The notes: a model not told the origin generated them from the sequence alone. DNA of 64,000 nt from Candidatus Poribacteria bacterium (GCA_965222225.1 CBDCTK010000002.1:1024001-1088000); one strand, 5' to 3'. Positions 32,090-42,719 are shown, numbered from the stretch's first letter. Program-made: numbers and translations.

Positions 32090-32884
32090 TCATGTTAGAA
32101 CGCCCCTTACAAATATCAATGTCGATTCTACATTTGCGTTGATCTCATTTAATGTGGATCCGCCTACACATTCAACATATAATGGCCCATCAAATCCACC
32201 TGCTACAAGCTCGTCCAGAACTTGCTTGAAATCGACCAGCCCTTCGCCAGGAGTCACCATGACATCGGGTTTTCCGTCCTGAACTACGCAGTCCTTTACA
32301 ATCACTGTGGTAACCTTAGGTGCGACTGCGTTGATATCGGTTTCCGGTCGAAGTTCCCCTTTCGTATAGTAAATGATATTGCCGGGATCGTAGCAGATTC
32401 CAAATGCGCAATGATTTACTTCCTGATCTACTTTGATGAGATCTTGCACCGTTAAACTTATTCCGCCGTGTGGCTTTAAGGCAATATTGACTCCTGCCTG
32501 AGCGGCATGGGGAGCCGCTCGGCGCATCAGTTCATAGTAGTCCTCGTAGTACGCTTCGCTTGCAGTACCGCAATCAAGCAACCATTTTGCACCGAGCCCG
32601 GCGGCGCTGTCAAGGAGCCGTTTGTAATCGTCAAGGCAAACTTCCAAATCCTTATTTAAGAATCGGACACTTCCCATCACGGCTGAAGGCGTCAATCCAG
32701 CATTGGCTGCCACTCTACTGGTTTCCCTGATTTCTGCACTCGTGCTATCGGCTCTTACTGGATTCTGACCCGCGTTGGCAAACACGGCAACATCGGTATA
32801 TCCAGCAGCAGAAATGTGGTCACATGCTTCGGGGAACGTAAGTGATTCGTAGGGACGGGTTGTACAGCCTATTGTGTGCTTCAC
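32090..32884 (-). CDS. Sugar-phosphate isomerase/epimerase (xylose isomerase-like TIM barrel)
   Basis: YDPGN, VKD, PGEGLVDF, GFDGPLYVE. The usual metal-ligand Glu appears as LKPH. Confidence 0.8.
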   Translation of the reverse strand: MKHTIGCTTRPYESLTFPEACDHISAAGYTDVAVFANAGQNPVRADSTSAEIRETSRVAANAGLTPSAVMGSVRFLNKDLEVCLDDYKRLLDSAAGLGAKWLLDCGTASEAYYEDYYELMRRAAPHAAQAGVNIALKPHGGISLTVQDLIKVDQEVNHCAFGICYDPGNIIYYTKGELRPETDINAVAPKVTTVIVKDCVVQDGKPDVMVTPGEGLVDFKQVLDELVAGGFDGPLYVECVGGSTLNEINANVESTLIFVRGVLT

Positions 32885-33002
32885 AGGATTGTCCTTTCAG
32901 TACATTTAATTATTTTTCATTCAAAAGAGTGAGCCATCTAGCGTAATTATGTATGAAGTTGAATTGACCAAGCAAGTGATTCATTCCCTCGCTTTAATCT
33001 CG

Positions 33003-33794
33003 TTACATAGCAACAATTCGACGCATACGCTTAGCGATGTCAATCTGCGCGGCAAGATCGCCGCCGACTTCGTGGATAACGTACCGATCATAGCCGATAG
33101 CCCTAAACTCACGCATGACAGAGGACCAATCGGTGTCTCCGTCAAGAAGGTTGACAAATCGGTGCTCTCCGCGCCTGAAGTCCTTGAAATGAACGCATTT
33201 AATTCGTGAACCAAGTTCCCGAATCCAGTGTTCCGGATAGCCGTAAGCCATCATATTGGCAGTGTCTAAGTAAACACCAACCCATTCACTGTCGACAGCA
33301 TCAATAAATTCTCGTGTCTCTTTAGGACTTAGCAAGAATTTATTCCTCACATTTTCGAGACCGATTGCGGCGCTGTTTGAAGCAGCAATTGCCGCTAAGT
33401 CTTTCAGAATACCGAGAAGATTGTCCCAAACTTCTTGATAGGTGCCTCCGACTGTCAGTTGTCCGGGATGCAGGAGAATGGTATCAACCTTCAGTATTCC
33501 GGCAATCTCCAAACTACGATTCACGGTTCTGATGCCCTTCTCCCGTTGATTAGTGTCTAGACTCAGGAGATTTCCACTGTCACTGTAGTTGGCGATGGTG
33601 CTGCTAATCTCAATTCCCGCCATAGCACATTTCTCGCCAACTCCAGCAATCTCTGACGGACTCATGTTAATATCAAGTTCCTTACCTTCGCCGAAGGTGA
33701 GCTCAATGGCTTCATATTCAGCGTCAAGGCATAAGCCGAGTACGTCGTCAAGCGACATGTTCCCGAGTAGAAGTTGTGTAATACCGATTTTCAT
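33003..33794 (-). CDS. Sugar-phosphate isomerase/epimerase (hexulose-6-P isomerase-like)
   Basis: LENV.NKFLLSP, YLDTAN, HFKDF, GDTDW. Confidence 0.85.
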   Translation of the reverse strand: MKIGITQLLLGNMSLDDVLGLCLDAEYEAIELTFGEGKELDINMSPSEIAGVGEKCAMAGIEISSTIANYSDSGNLLSLDTNQREKGIRTVNRSLEIAGILKVDTILLHPGQLTVGGTYQEVWDNLLGILKDLAAIAASNSAAIGLENVRNKFLLSPKETREFIDAVDSEWVGVYLDTANMMAYGYPEHWIRELGSRIKCVHFKDFRRGEHRFVNLLDGDTDWSSVMREFRAIGYDRYVIHEVGGDLAAQIDIAKRMRRIVAM

Positions 33795-33912
33795 TGTGCG
33801 TTGCCGATACCTTTCATTTACTAGTCCGTTTTTGATGGATTATTGTATCAGTTGAATTCTAGCGCCAGCGACTGATGCGCCGAAAATAGTGATGTGCGGG
33901 ATTTAACCCCCA

Positions 33913-34476
33913 TCAACTACATTTCTCGGAAAAGATATGGTGCAATGCCATATCCCATGCCTGCGGCAGAGTGTCTTGAATGACCTGTTCCTCGAACGCT
34001 AATCCCATCCAGGTTGCTTGCGGACAATTCGGCAGGAATCGATCGTAATATCCGCCTCCATATCCAATGCGATAATTCTTTAGATCGAAAGCAATTCCAG
34101 GGACAATAATCAGATCAATCTGATTGAAAGGGAACTTGGGGCAAACATCTTGCTTCGGCTGGAGCATACCGTAACGATGGCGCCTAAGCTCCGTGCTAGT
34201 GTTGGTAATGCGCCGAGGGACAAGACGCTTCGCTTCTATCGTCGGTGCTAGGGCAATCTTGTTCGTGCACAACAAATAAACGAGCAAGTCGTGCGTTTCA
34301 ACTTCGCTCCGCATGCTAAGGTAGAGCATAACCGTGTCTATTGCATGCGTCTCAATGAAGTCAATCACCCTTGTGTTAATATTCCTGCTCAATTCATGGC
34401 GTACCTCGGGAGGGATAATGTCGCGTCTAAGGAGTGCTTCTTCGCGAATACGTTGACGTTTCTCATCTCTGGTCAT
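33913..34476 (-). CDS. ygfA: 5-formyltetrahydrofolate cyclo-ligase
   Basis: [31 protein letters not shown]. Start at MTRDEK preferred over the ORF-track start 34584. Confidence 0.92.
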   Translation of the reverse strand: MTRDEKRQRIREEALLRRDIIPPEVRHELSRNINTRVIDFIETHAIDTVMLYLSMRSEVETHDLLVYLLCTNKIALAPTIEAKRLVPRRITNTSTELRRHRYGMLQPKQDVCPKFPFNQIDLIIVPGIAFDLKNYRIGYGGGYYDRFLPNCPQATWMGLAFEEQVIQDTLPQAWDMALHHIFSEKCS

Positions 34477-34571
34477 ACATTCACTGAAGTAAGAGGCTGT
34501 CGCGGCATTTAGAATTTCCCATCGAAAATGCCGTGGTGGACGCAATAAAAGGTTCAGCGCGATTTGTAGAC

Positions 34572-35933
34572 TCAAGTGTCCCACCCAATTTCATTGATAT
34601 ACTTGGCAAGCGCATCTCGGAAGGTAGAAGGTTTCATTTTGAGCAGCTTCGCCGATTGTGTTTTATTCCCATTCGTTTTCCTCATAGCCCAAGCAATTAG
34701 CTCGCGTTCCGTGGACTGGACAATCTCGTGGAATGAGGTCCCACACAACGTATCATCCAAGTTGACTGGGGTTGGTACTTTCAGTTCAATGGGAATATCT
34801 TCAACAGAAATAGATCGCCCACCGCTCATCGTAACTAGCCGTTCGACTAGATTTTCCATCTCGCCTACATTTCCAGGCCAGGTATACGCCGCAAGTATAT
34901 CAGCAGCCTCCGAAACCATGAAGGTATTCCGACGCGGGGAGAACAAATCTAAGAAGTGGTTAATAAGGAGTGGTATATCTTCCGTTCGTTCCCGAAGAGG
35001 TGGCAAAAAGAGTGGAACAACGTTTAATCGATAGAACAAATCTTCCCGGAATTCACCCAGTCTGACTTTTTCTCGGAGGTTCACCGTAGTTGCGGCAATT
35101 AAGCGTACGTCTAATCTAGCATTATCCGTGCTATCGTCAAGCTCGTACTCACCATCTTCAAGCACCTGAAGTAGATTAATCTGCATTTCGTACGGCAAGT
35201 TTTCTATATCAGCCAAAAAGAGCGTACCTCCGTGAGAAAGTTCAAGTCTCCCTGTCCGTGGACCGTTCGCGTTTACTGCCCCTCCAAATAGATCGTCGTG
35301 TAATCCGGTTGGCGATTGCTTTGAGCAGTTTACACGTACATAGGGCTGATATTTGCGCGGACTATTCGAATGAATAGATTTTGCGAGCAATGCTTTACCA
35401 ACGCCCCGCTCACCGTAGATTAACACATTACTATTGGATTCAGCCACGGTGGCAAGGGCGCCCAGAACCTCCTGCATCTGCTGACTCCTTCCCACGATAT
35501 TCTGATGTGACGAAAGTTTGCCAGTGTTGTTGGAAGACAGCACGATGTCTCCGCCCTTTGAAAGGATGCTTTCCTCGTGCAGTCTCTTCAGTTTGTCTAG
35601 CATGGTAATTAGTTCTTCGCTTGAAAATGGTTTCTTGATGTAGTTATGTGCGCCGAATTGCATGGCTTCAACGGCAGTTTCTACCGTGGCATAGGCGGTC
35701 ATGATTATTACAGTGATATGCGGGTGCTCTTTCTTAACTCGCTTTAGGAAATCAATCCCGTGCATCCGCGGCATTCGCAGGTCGGTTACTAGTACGTCAA
35801 AATGTTGATTCTCCAACAACCGTAGTCCCGTAGATGGAGATTCGACCGCGATTGCGTCGTAGTTCGCCTCGCGAAGGTCATCCCTCAGTGTAATCCGTTT
35901 AATTTTTTCGTCGTCGACAACAAGTACCTTCAT
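34572..35933 (-). CDS. NtrC-type response regulator (REC-AAA+-Fis HTH) with degenerate GAFTGA and Walker B
   Basis: VVDD/TDLRMP/KP receiver, [33 protein letters not shown]. Confidence 0.92.
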   Translation of the reverse strand: MKVLVVDDEKIKRITLRDDLREANYDAIAVESPSTGLRLLENQHFDVLVTDLRMPRMHGIDFLKRVKKEHPHITVIIMTAYATVETAVEAMQFGAHNYIKKPFSSEELITMLDKLKRLHEESILSKGGDIVLSSNNTGKLSSHQNIVGRSQQMQEVLGALATVAESNSNVLIYGERGVGKALLAKSIHSNSPRKYQPYVRVNCSKQSPTGLHDDLFGGAVNANGPRTGRLELSHGGTLFLADIENLPYEMQINLLQVLEDGEYELDDSTDNARLDVRLIAATTVNLREKVRLGEFREDLFYRLNVVPLFLPPLRERTEDIPLLINHFLDLFSPRRNTFMVSEAADILAAYTWPGNVGEMENLVERLVTMSGGRSISVEDIPIELKVPTPVNLDDTLCGTSFHEIVQSTERELIAWAMRKTNGNKTQSAKLLKMKPSTFRDALAKYINEIGWDT

Positions 35934-35935
35934 AT

Positions 35936-37726
35936 CTAAGTTCGCTCGGTTGCTACTGGCAAGTTCACCGTGAAGGTCGACCCTTGACCAGGTTTGCTCT
36001 CGAATTCAAGCGTCCCTTCATGCTGCCTAACAATCCTATCAGAAACTGAAAGGCCAAGTCCTGTACCTTTTTCCAAAATCTTTGTGGTATAGAATGGATC
36101 GAAAATTCGATCTTGAATGGCATTGGGAATACCGATTCCCATATCTGTAACCCGCACGTAAACCATTTGCGCCCCCCTGAAGGCATCAAGATCAACGGTT
36201 CCTGTTTCCAGAATTAGCGCACCTCCATCAGGCATCGCCGCAACAGCATTTAACGCCAAATTTAGAACAACCTGTTCAAGCAAGTGTTTGTCTCCGAGGA
36301 TTGACGCAAGATTCGAATGGAATCGCTTTTCGATTTTGATTCCTTTCTCCTGGGCGCTATATTCAATAAGACCGGTAACTTCATCGACAACTTCATTCAG
36401 CGAAATTGAGGCTAGGCTGAGTTCATGGTGACGCGAAAAATCTAGAAGTTGCTTAACCGTTGACTCAATGCGCCGCAATGCTTCTTCCATGAGGTCTAGA
36501 TATTCTTTGGTTTGGCGGGTATTCTCCGGATCTCGCTTAATACGAAGGATGCAGTTAATTAGCCCATCAAGCGGGTTATTAATCTCGTGTGCGACACCTG
36601 CGGCCACTTCACCAATCGCAGCCATTTTTTCAGAGAAGATTAACTGTTGCTCCATCCGTTTTCGATCTGTTACATCACGCGAAACTAGCACCGTGCCCAA
36701 ATGTCCTTCCTCCGCATCACGCACTGCTGCGACAGTGTTCTCAAAATGTCTGTCCTTTATCTGGACGCTCTTCTGTTCAATCATACTACTGCCTTCCGAT
36801 AAATCACGTACCAACTGTGATAGTATGTTGTAAGAGTGCGACGACGATTGCGAGTCCGTCGCTTCGGACCGAGGCGTTGCAGCGAGTGAAAACTCAGCGT
36901 TAGATTGCTCCTGCTGAATCTGTTGGGCGGCTTTGTTCGAGAGTGCTACCTGATTTCTTTCATCAACGAAAACAACACCCTCGTGCATACATTCAATTAT
37001 TGACTTCAGTTTGTTTCGCTCGAAGAGAACCTCCTTGCGTGCGGATTCCAATTCCTGAACCTTTTCCTCCAGGTTCTCCTTTAAATCCCGTGTTTCTTCC
37101 TCACGCGCCCTTGCGGTATCCGTTATCGTCGTAGCCAAATAAACAGAGAAAAATAGAGTGCTCGTGAAGACGAACAATACGCTCGCAACATAAATTGGGT
37201 GTTGCCAAAGCGTTATGGGCAGGAAATTGTTCAGATGATGATGTGGAAGAATCTCGAAATATTCCAAGAAGATAACGGAACTAAGGAGTGCGGTATTGAG
37301 AGTAGCGAGGACGTAACTGACTTTCTTGGACAGGATGATGCTTGCGATAACAAGGTGGAATACGAAGTAGAAGATAAACGGGTTTTCGACACCCCCGCTG
37401 AAATGAATTAATGCCGTTAAGGAAAATAAATCAAGTAGAATATGCGTACAGGCATGTCGTTTGATTGACACCAACCGTTTCTTGCTCACATGCTTCGAGT
37501 AAAGTTGCGGCTCGAAGTTGTAGAGCACCATGAACACGGCAATTAGATACAGCGGAAGAGGCTGATTGATTACATCTAACCGCCATGCAATTCCGACGGT
37601 GACAAAAACTCCTCCGATTGCAATCCAACGCATCCGGGCAAGCCAAGCAATCTGCTTGACTAGTTCAATCTTGAATGGGAGTTCTCGATCTATATCCGGT
37701 GATTGAGGAGATACACCCTGTTTCAC
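35936..37726 (-). CDS. Membrane sensor histidine kinase (about 6 TM, PAS-like, HisKA, HATPase)
   Basis: AHEINNPL H-box, NLALNA, DMGIG, FYTTK, GTGLGL; GGVENPF in the membrane domain. Confidence 0.93.
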   Translation of the reverse strand: MKQGVSPQSPDIDRELPFKIELVKQIAWLARMRWIAIGGVFVTVGIAWRLDVINQPLPLYLIAVFMVLYNFEPQLYSKHVSKKRLVSIKRHACTHILLDLFSLTALIHFSGGVENPFIFYFVFHLVIASIILSKKVSYVLATLNTALLSSVIFLEYFEILPHHHLNNFLPITLWQHPIYVASVLFVFTSTLFFSVYLATTITDTARAREEETRDLKENLEEKVQELESARKEVLFERNKLKSIIECMHEGVVFVDERNQVALSNKAAQQIQQEQSNAEFSLAATPRSEATDSQSSSHSYNILSQLVRDLSEGSSMIEQKSVQIKDRHFENTVAAVRDAEEGHLGTVLVSRDVTDRKRMEQQLIFSEKMAAIGEVAAGVAHEINNPLDGLINCILRIKRDPENTRQTKEYLDLMEEALRRIESTVKQLLDFSRHHELSLASISLNEVVDEVTGLIEYSAQEKGIKIEKRFHSNLASILGDKHLLEQVVLNLALNAVAAMPDGGALILETGTVDLDAFRGAQMVYVRVTDMGIGIPNAIQDRIFDPFYTTKILEKGTGLGLSVSDRIVRQHEGTLEFESKPGQGSTFTVNLPVATERT

Positions 37727-37771
37727 GGAAACACGACCTCATGCGTTTCTCAGTAAAGGACAGTTTCACAA

Positions 37772-38059
37772 TTACTTCTGATACCAAATTTCGCCATGCA
37801 CTTCAACGATATCAACAATCGCCATAATAACCGCATCAACAGGCTTGTCTTTGGTGGCTGTTGTTTGCCGTGCGGAGCTTCCTGTTGCAACCAGCACCAA
37901 TTCACCAATTCCGGCGCCAACCGCATCTACCGCCGCATTATATGTCTTGAGTAGATTACCATCCAAATCCACGTCTTGGATAATCATCAACTTACTGCCG
38001 ACAAGCTTCGCGTCTTTTTTGGTGGCAACAATTGTTCCCGTGACTTTCCCAAGCGTCAT
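37772..38059 (-). CDS. EutN/CcmL bacterial microcompartment vertex (BMC-P) protein
   Basis: GKVTGTIVATKKD..LVG.KL, AVDAVGAGIGELVLV..GSSAR, PVDAVIMAIVD. Confidence 0.93.
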   Translation of the reverse strand: MTLGKVTGTIVATKKDAKLVGSKLMIIQDVDLDGNLLKTYNAAVDAVGAGIGELVLVATGSSARQTTATKDKPVDAVIMAIVDIVEVHGEIWYQK

Positions 38060-38127
38060 CCAATGAACCTTTCTGTTCTAAATTTTCATCCTCTAAACAT
38101 CTTTCAGTTCGTCCAGTAATGGTGTTT

Positions 38128-38156
38128 ATAGTAAACTTAAGCCACACAAAAGTCAA
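38128..38156 (-). promoter_or_regulatory. Candidate sigma70 promoter for the eutN-kinase-regulator operon
   Basis: Minus strand TTGACT-17-TACTAT, about 70 nt upstream of the BMC-P start. Confidence 0.55.
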
Positions 38157-38676
38157 GTTTTTTGTCTATGTCTGCTAGAGTGTTAGCAACAACCCGGGTA
38201 GTTTATTCGGCGGACAAACACCGTTGCTACCTTAGGGAGGTGCTACTCACGAATGGTATGGACTGATTCGCAACAATCCTTGTCACGGGGATTGAAGTTT
38301 GGACAAGGCAAGGCATCTCGCCAGAACCGAACCTGGATTGAAGGATGTTGAAATCTTTACCTAACTATTGAGTAACTACCGAAATTTACGAGAGTATAAA
38401 TATCGCGAACAATCCAGTCGTTCAATGAAGTCTTCGCGCATTCCACCTCGAACCATTGCGCTTCCGCATTTACACCGCCCCAGATGGCAAGATGCCCCTG
38501 ATATGTGATGGATCATCTGTTCCCCAAGATTTCGTATTTTTAAGAATATTTTCGGGCAATGGAAGTTTGCCGGATTCGATTAATTCGACGGGCAATCTCC
38601 AAACAGCAAACAATAGACAATGTACTGTTTTGTGCCTCGCGTCATAATCTGTTGAATCGTGTGGCAGTTGTCGCCC

Positions 38677-38705
38677 TTGACGCACGCCTCACATAATGTT
38701 ATAAA
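38677..38705 (+). promoter_or_regulatory. Candidate sigma70 promoter
   Basis: TTGACG-17-TATAAA with TG extension, about 360 nt upstream of the vWA gene. Confidence 0.45.
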
Positions 38706-39063
38706 ATACTGTCGTCGGTGACTCTAGCAGATTTGGACTGCAGAAACTTAGTCCTAGCTAAATCTATCAGCGCATATCCATTCTCAATGTGCGGTTCCCT
38801 TGATGAGTGGTTACATTGGACTCAATAATCCACGCAATTAGGCGTCTAGACAAACCAGTTTATTTTCCGCTAACTTCAGATAGTCGAGTTTCACATACTT
38901 CAGTCGTGCGAGAGAACAGTTGCTACAGCATTGATTGAATTGCCACGGTTGACTCTCTGCGAAAGACGCCTCAATCTTTTCAGTAATGGACTACCCAATG
39001 TCTATTCTCACATCTTAAAAAGACGAAATTGGCGTTTCCTGAAATAACATCGGAGAGCTAATC

Positions 39064-41835
39064 ATGGAAGTCCTCCATCCAGTCTGGCTCATACTGTTTT
39101 TTCCTCTGATCGTATCGCTGCGTGTCTGGCAACTTCCCTCCCGCCTCTTGTTAGCCCTGCGTTTTGCGGTGTTGTCTCTAATTCTGTTGTCCATGTGCGG
39201 ATTTGCCGTGAAATTACGCATGCAGGCGAGTACAGTTGTAGTTGTAGCAGACAGAAGTCGATCAATGCCTCTCGACAGCGAATCACGACACAAAGAGGCG
39301 ATTGATCTAATCCAGGCCTCTAAGGCGCGCGATTCTAACCTTGCTGTCGTGTCCTTTGGTCGAACTGCCGCCATTGAACAATCGCCCCAAAGCGGAAAAT
39401 TTGCCGGATTCGTCAGCGAGATTCATGATGATGCTTCCGACCTAAACGGGGCAATTGAAACGGCATTAGCCCTTATCCCTCAAGATTCACCCGGTAGAGT
39501 GCTTCTGCTCTCCGATGGGGGGTGGACAGGAAAAGATCCGGCGGCGGCGGCGGCCCAGGCCGCAACTCGGAGTATTGCGCTCGACTACCGCCTCACACAA
39601 AGAGATTCGACAAATGACATCGTCATTACACACGTAGACGCACCACATGTTGTCGCCCCCGGCGAATCGTTTATGCTTGCTGCTTGGATTAGTTCACCAA
39701 TTCAGGGTGAGGTTTCATTCGAGTTCATGCGTGGGAACCAACGCCTCGCTTCAGGCAAGCGAAAAGTGCCGTCCGGTTTGAGTCGACTCGTATTTCGTGA
39801 CAAAGCCACACAACCGGGCACACATCAGTACGCGGTGAGGATTGCGGGGACGGAGACCGATCCGGTGCCTGAAAACAACACGGCAAAAGTGCTCGTCGGC
39901 ATTCACGGCCCGCGTCCAATTCTGCACATCACTACCACGTCCAATTCTGCATTGGCCCGATTACTTCAGGCGGGTGGATGGAACGTAAAAACCGCTTCTC
40001 CATCGGCATGCTGGTGGTCGCTTGACGAGTTGTCAGGGTATTCCGCCGTGCTCGTTGAAAACGTTTTGGCGGACAAGATTGGCTTATACGGTATGGAAAA
40101 CCTCGCCGTATGGGTCAAAGAAACCGGGGCTGGTTTCATGATGACAGGTGGAAAGCATGCTTTCGGACCGGGTGGTTATTTCAAATCGCCGCTTGAGCCG
40201 ATTATGCCAGTCTCAATGGAATTGAGGCGTGAGCACCGAAAGCTATCACTTGCCATTGTGGTAGCAATGGACAGGTCTGGTAGCATGTCAATGCCGGTGA
40301 GTGGCGGCAGAACGAAGATGAGTCTCGCAAACCTTGCTACGGCCGAAGTGCTTGATATGCTGTCACCGATGGATGAATTTGGTGTCGTTGCGGTCGATAG
40401 TTCGCCGCACATCATCGCCAATCTCTCAAGCGTTGAGAATAGCACGCACGTTCGGAGCAAAATCCTACGAATCAGTCCGGGGGGTGGCGGTATCTTTGTC
40501 TACGAGGCGCTTTTCACCGCGTCCAAAATGATATTGAATGCAGAGGCGGGCACCCGACATATTATCCTCTTTGCCGACGCTGCCGACTCAGAGGAACCCG
40601 GGCAATACCGCAAACTGCTAGAGAAGTGTCGAACAGCCAACATCACCGTAAGTGTCGTTGGACTCGGGACCGCGACCGACGTCGATGCCGAACTGCTTCG
40701 CGATATCGCCCGGCGAGGGGAGGGGCGTTGCTTCTTTACACGGAACGCCGAAGAGCTGCCCCGTCTGTTTGCACAAGATACATTCGTCGTGGCGCGCAGC
40801 ACGTTCGTTGACGAACCCGTTGAAGTTCGCGCCACCGGTGGCATGGTCACACTGACCGGTAAACAACATCATATACCCTATCCGATTGGCGGCTACAACC
40901 TCTGTTACATCCGACCCGACGCAATCCTTGCAGCCGTCACAGAGGACGAGTACAAAGCGCCCGTTGTGGCAGCATGGCAGGCGGAGGTTGGACGAGTTCT
41001 CTGTTACACTGGTGAAGCGGATGGAGATTACACGGGCACCATTGCAGGTTGGAAAGGTGTTGGAGATTTCCTAGCAAGTTTAGTTCGTTGGACAGCCGGC
41101 GATTCAGGTAACTTGCCGGGAGAAATGTTACTTACTCAAAAGGTCAAGAATGGAATCAATGTGGTGGAACTTCACCTCAATCCGGAACGACAGGGCGAAC
41201 CATTCAGAGGACTTCCTAGCGTAACGGTGCTCAGGGGAATTGTTGGGCAAAAGCCAACGGTGGCTGAAACCAAACTGTCTTGGACATCTGCCGATTCGCT
41301 CGCCGTGGACATTCCAATTCACGGCAGTGAAACTGTATTGGCTACTGTAGAGATATTGGGCACAGGGCATTATTCACTTCCGCCCATCTGTCTACCTTAT
41401 TCCCCCGAATTTAACCTTGCGACTGCCGAATCAGGTCTAGAAACTATGGAACGCCTTGCGCAAGCAACAGATGGGAAAACACGAATCAATTTTAGTACGA
41501 TTTGGGATGACCTGCCGCGTCAACCCCGCCTGCTGGCACTCAAGCCGTGGCTACTGATCGCAGCACTCATCCTTCTGCTTGTTGAAATCTTGGAACGCCG
41601 TACCGGATTAATCTCCATGAGACGCGGTTGGCGAAAGGCAGGAACGAAAACACAACGCATACTTCGAAAAGACCGCTCCGCCGATCAATCCGTGGCACCT
41701 CCTGCTCCCCCAGCAACACAAGCTGAACCCGAGGAACCAACAAAGCCGCAGACATTACCTGAACAGGAGAGAATGATTGACGCCTTGAGTCGAGCCCGAA
41801 AGCGCGCTAGCGGACGGACCCAAAGCGAACGGTAA
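39064..41835 (+). CDS. Membrane-anchored double-vWA protein with GATase1-like domain
   Basis: MIDAS motifs DRSRSM and DRSGSM, GGKHAFGPGGY..SPLE.IMPV, N- and C-terminal TM segments. Confidence 0.85.
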   Translation: MEVLHPVWLILFFPLIVSLRVWQLPSRLLLALRFAVLSLILLSMCGFAVKLRMQASTVVVVADRSRSMPLDSESRHKEAIDLIQASKARDSNLAVVSFGRTAAIEQSPQSGKFAGFVSEIHDDASDLNGAIETALALIPQDSPGRVLLLSDGGWTGKDPAAAAAQAATRSIALDYRLTQRDSTNDIVITHVDAPHVVAPGESFMLAAWISSPIQGEVSFEFMRGNQRLASGKRKVPSGLSRLVFRDKATQPGTHQYAVRIAGTETDPVPENNTAKVLVGIHGPRPILHITTTSNSALARLLQAGGWNVKTASPSACWWSLDELSGYSAVLVENVLADKIGLYGMENLAVWVKETGAGFMMTGGKHAFGPGGYFKSPLEPIMPVSMELRREHRKLSLAIVVAMDRSGSMSMPVSGGRTKMSLANLATAEVLDMLSPMDEFGVVAVDSSPHIIANLSSVENSTHVRSKILRISPGGGGIFVYEALFTASKMILNAEAGTRHIILFADAADSEEPGQYRKLLEKCRTANITVSVVGLGTATDVDAELLRDIARRGEGRCFFTRNAEELPRLFAQDTFVVARSTFVDEPVEVRATGGMVTLTGKQHHIPYPIGGYNLCYIRPDAILAAVTEDEYKAPVVAAWQAEVGRVLCYTGEADGDYTGTIAGWKGVGDFLASLVRWTAGDSGNLPGEMLLTQKVKNGINVVELHLNPERQGEPFRGLPSVTVLRGIVGQKPTVAETKLSWTSADSLAVDIPIHGSETVLATVEILGTGHYSLPPICLPYSPEFNLATAESGLETMERLAQATDGKTRINFSTIWDDLPRQPRLLALKPWLLIAALILLLVEILERRTGLISMRRGWRKAGTKTQRILRKDRSADQSVAPPAPPATQAEPEEPTKPQTLPEQERMIDALSRARKRASGRTQSER

Positions 41836-41993
41836 GTTATTTCAAAGAGGGTGCCCTAAATCCGAACACAAGAATGATTGCCGATATTGTCGACAGGTAC
41901 CTGGATGCGCTTTTCGGCGACAGGCCCGTCCTGCAACGGTTGCATGTGGATGCCACTAGCACTCCCTTGCAGGAATTCTTATCCTTCCCTGCC

Positions 41994-42719
41994 TTACTTA
42001 CCATTACCTTCCATACCAAACAATCTGCGGCGTTCCGATGTCGTGCAAAGATGGGCAATGGAAGCAAACCGTTTGGGGTCGACCCGTTCAGGCGTCCACT
42101 TTTCATAAATGAGTATCAGGGATTTTCGTGGCGTTTTCGTGTAGTTATCCATCGCGGTATGCCAGCCATAGGAGTTAAACATTATAGCAGTGCCGGCTTT
42201 ACCCGGAAACCGTTTGTGACCAGGCATAGCCTCTAAGCGAGTTGTGCTGGAATAGGGACCGGCATCTAATTTGTGACTCCCCGGGACATAAGCAAATTCG
42301 CCAGCTCGAAGTTCGACATCGTTCACGTAAATCTGAACCTTGATATGCAGCGGATTGCTATGAGGCACGTCGGGGTGCCAAAGCGAATAACAAACCGGCC
42401 CCGGCGGAACTGTGCGAACTTGTGGTCCGAGTAGAATGAGATCGTCGTCCGTAAAAGCCATAAGGTAACCGTAATAACTTGGATGATCAATCAGGTTGAC
42501 AAAAATCTCGTCTTTGTCAAAAGGATCGGGAATGTCGTAAAACGATGCAGGTACTTGCCCGGCATCTACGCGATCTAGCCAGGTTGATTTACACTTCTCC
42601 GCCCAATATTCAAAAACTTCCTGCAACCGTCTCAACTCCGCGCCCTGAATTGCGTTTTCAAGGACTAGATAACCGAACTCTTTCCATTGTGCCGTTTCAG
42701 CTTCCGTGGGTCTAATCAT
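41994..42719 (-). CDS. PhyH-family dioxygenase
   Basis: WKEFGYLVLENAI, WHPD, YVPGSH, KAGTAIMFN..GWH; SD GGAGG. Confidence 0.9.
   Translation of the reverse strand: MIRPTEAETAQWKEFGYLVLENAIQGAELRRLQEVFEYWAEKCKSTWLDRVDAGQVPASFYDIPDPFDKDEIFVNLIDHPSYYGYLMAFTDDDLILLGPQVRTVPPGPVCYSLWHPDVPHSNPLHIKVQIYVNDVELRAGEFAYVPGSHKLDAGPYSSTTRLEAMPGHKRFPGKAGTAIMFNSYGWHTAMDNYTKTPRKSLILIYEKWTPERVDPKRFASIAHLCTTSERRRLFGMEGNGK

Noticed and set aside
34477-34571. 6S RNA expected upstream of ygfA
   Set aside because: Only about 95 nt are available, and no long rod-like hairpin is visible.
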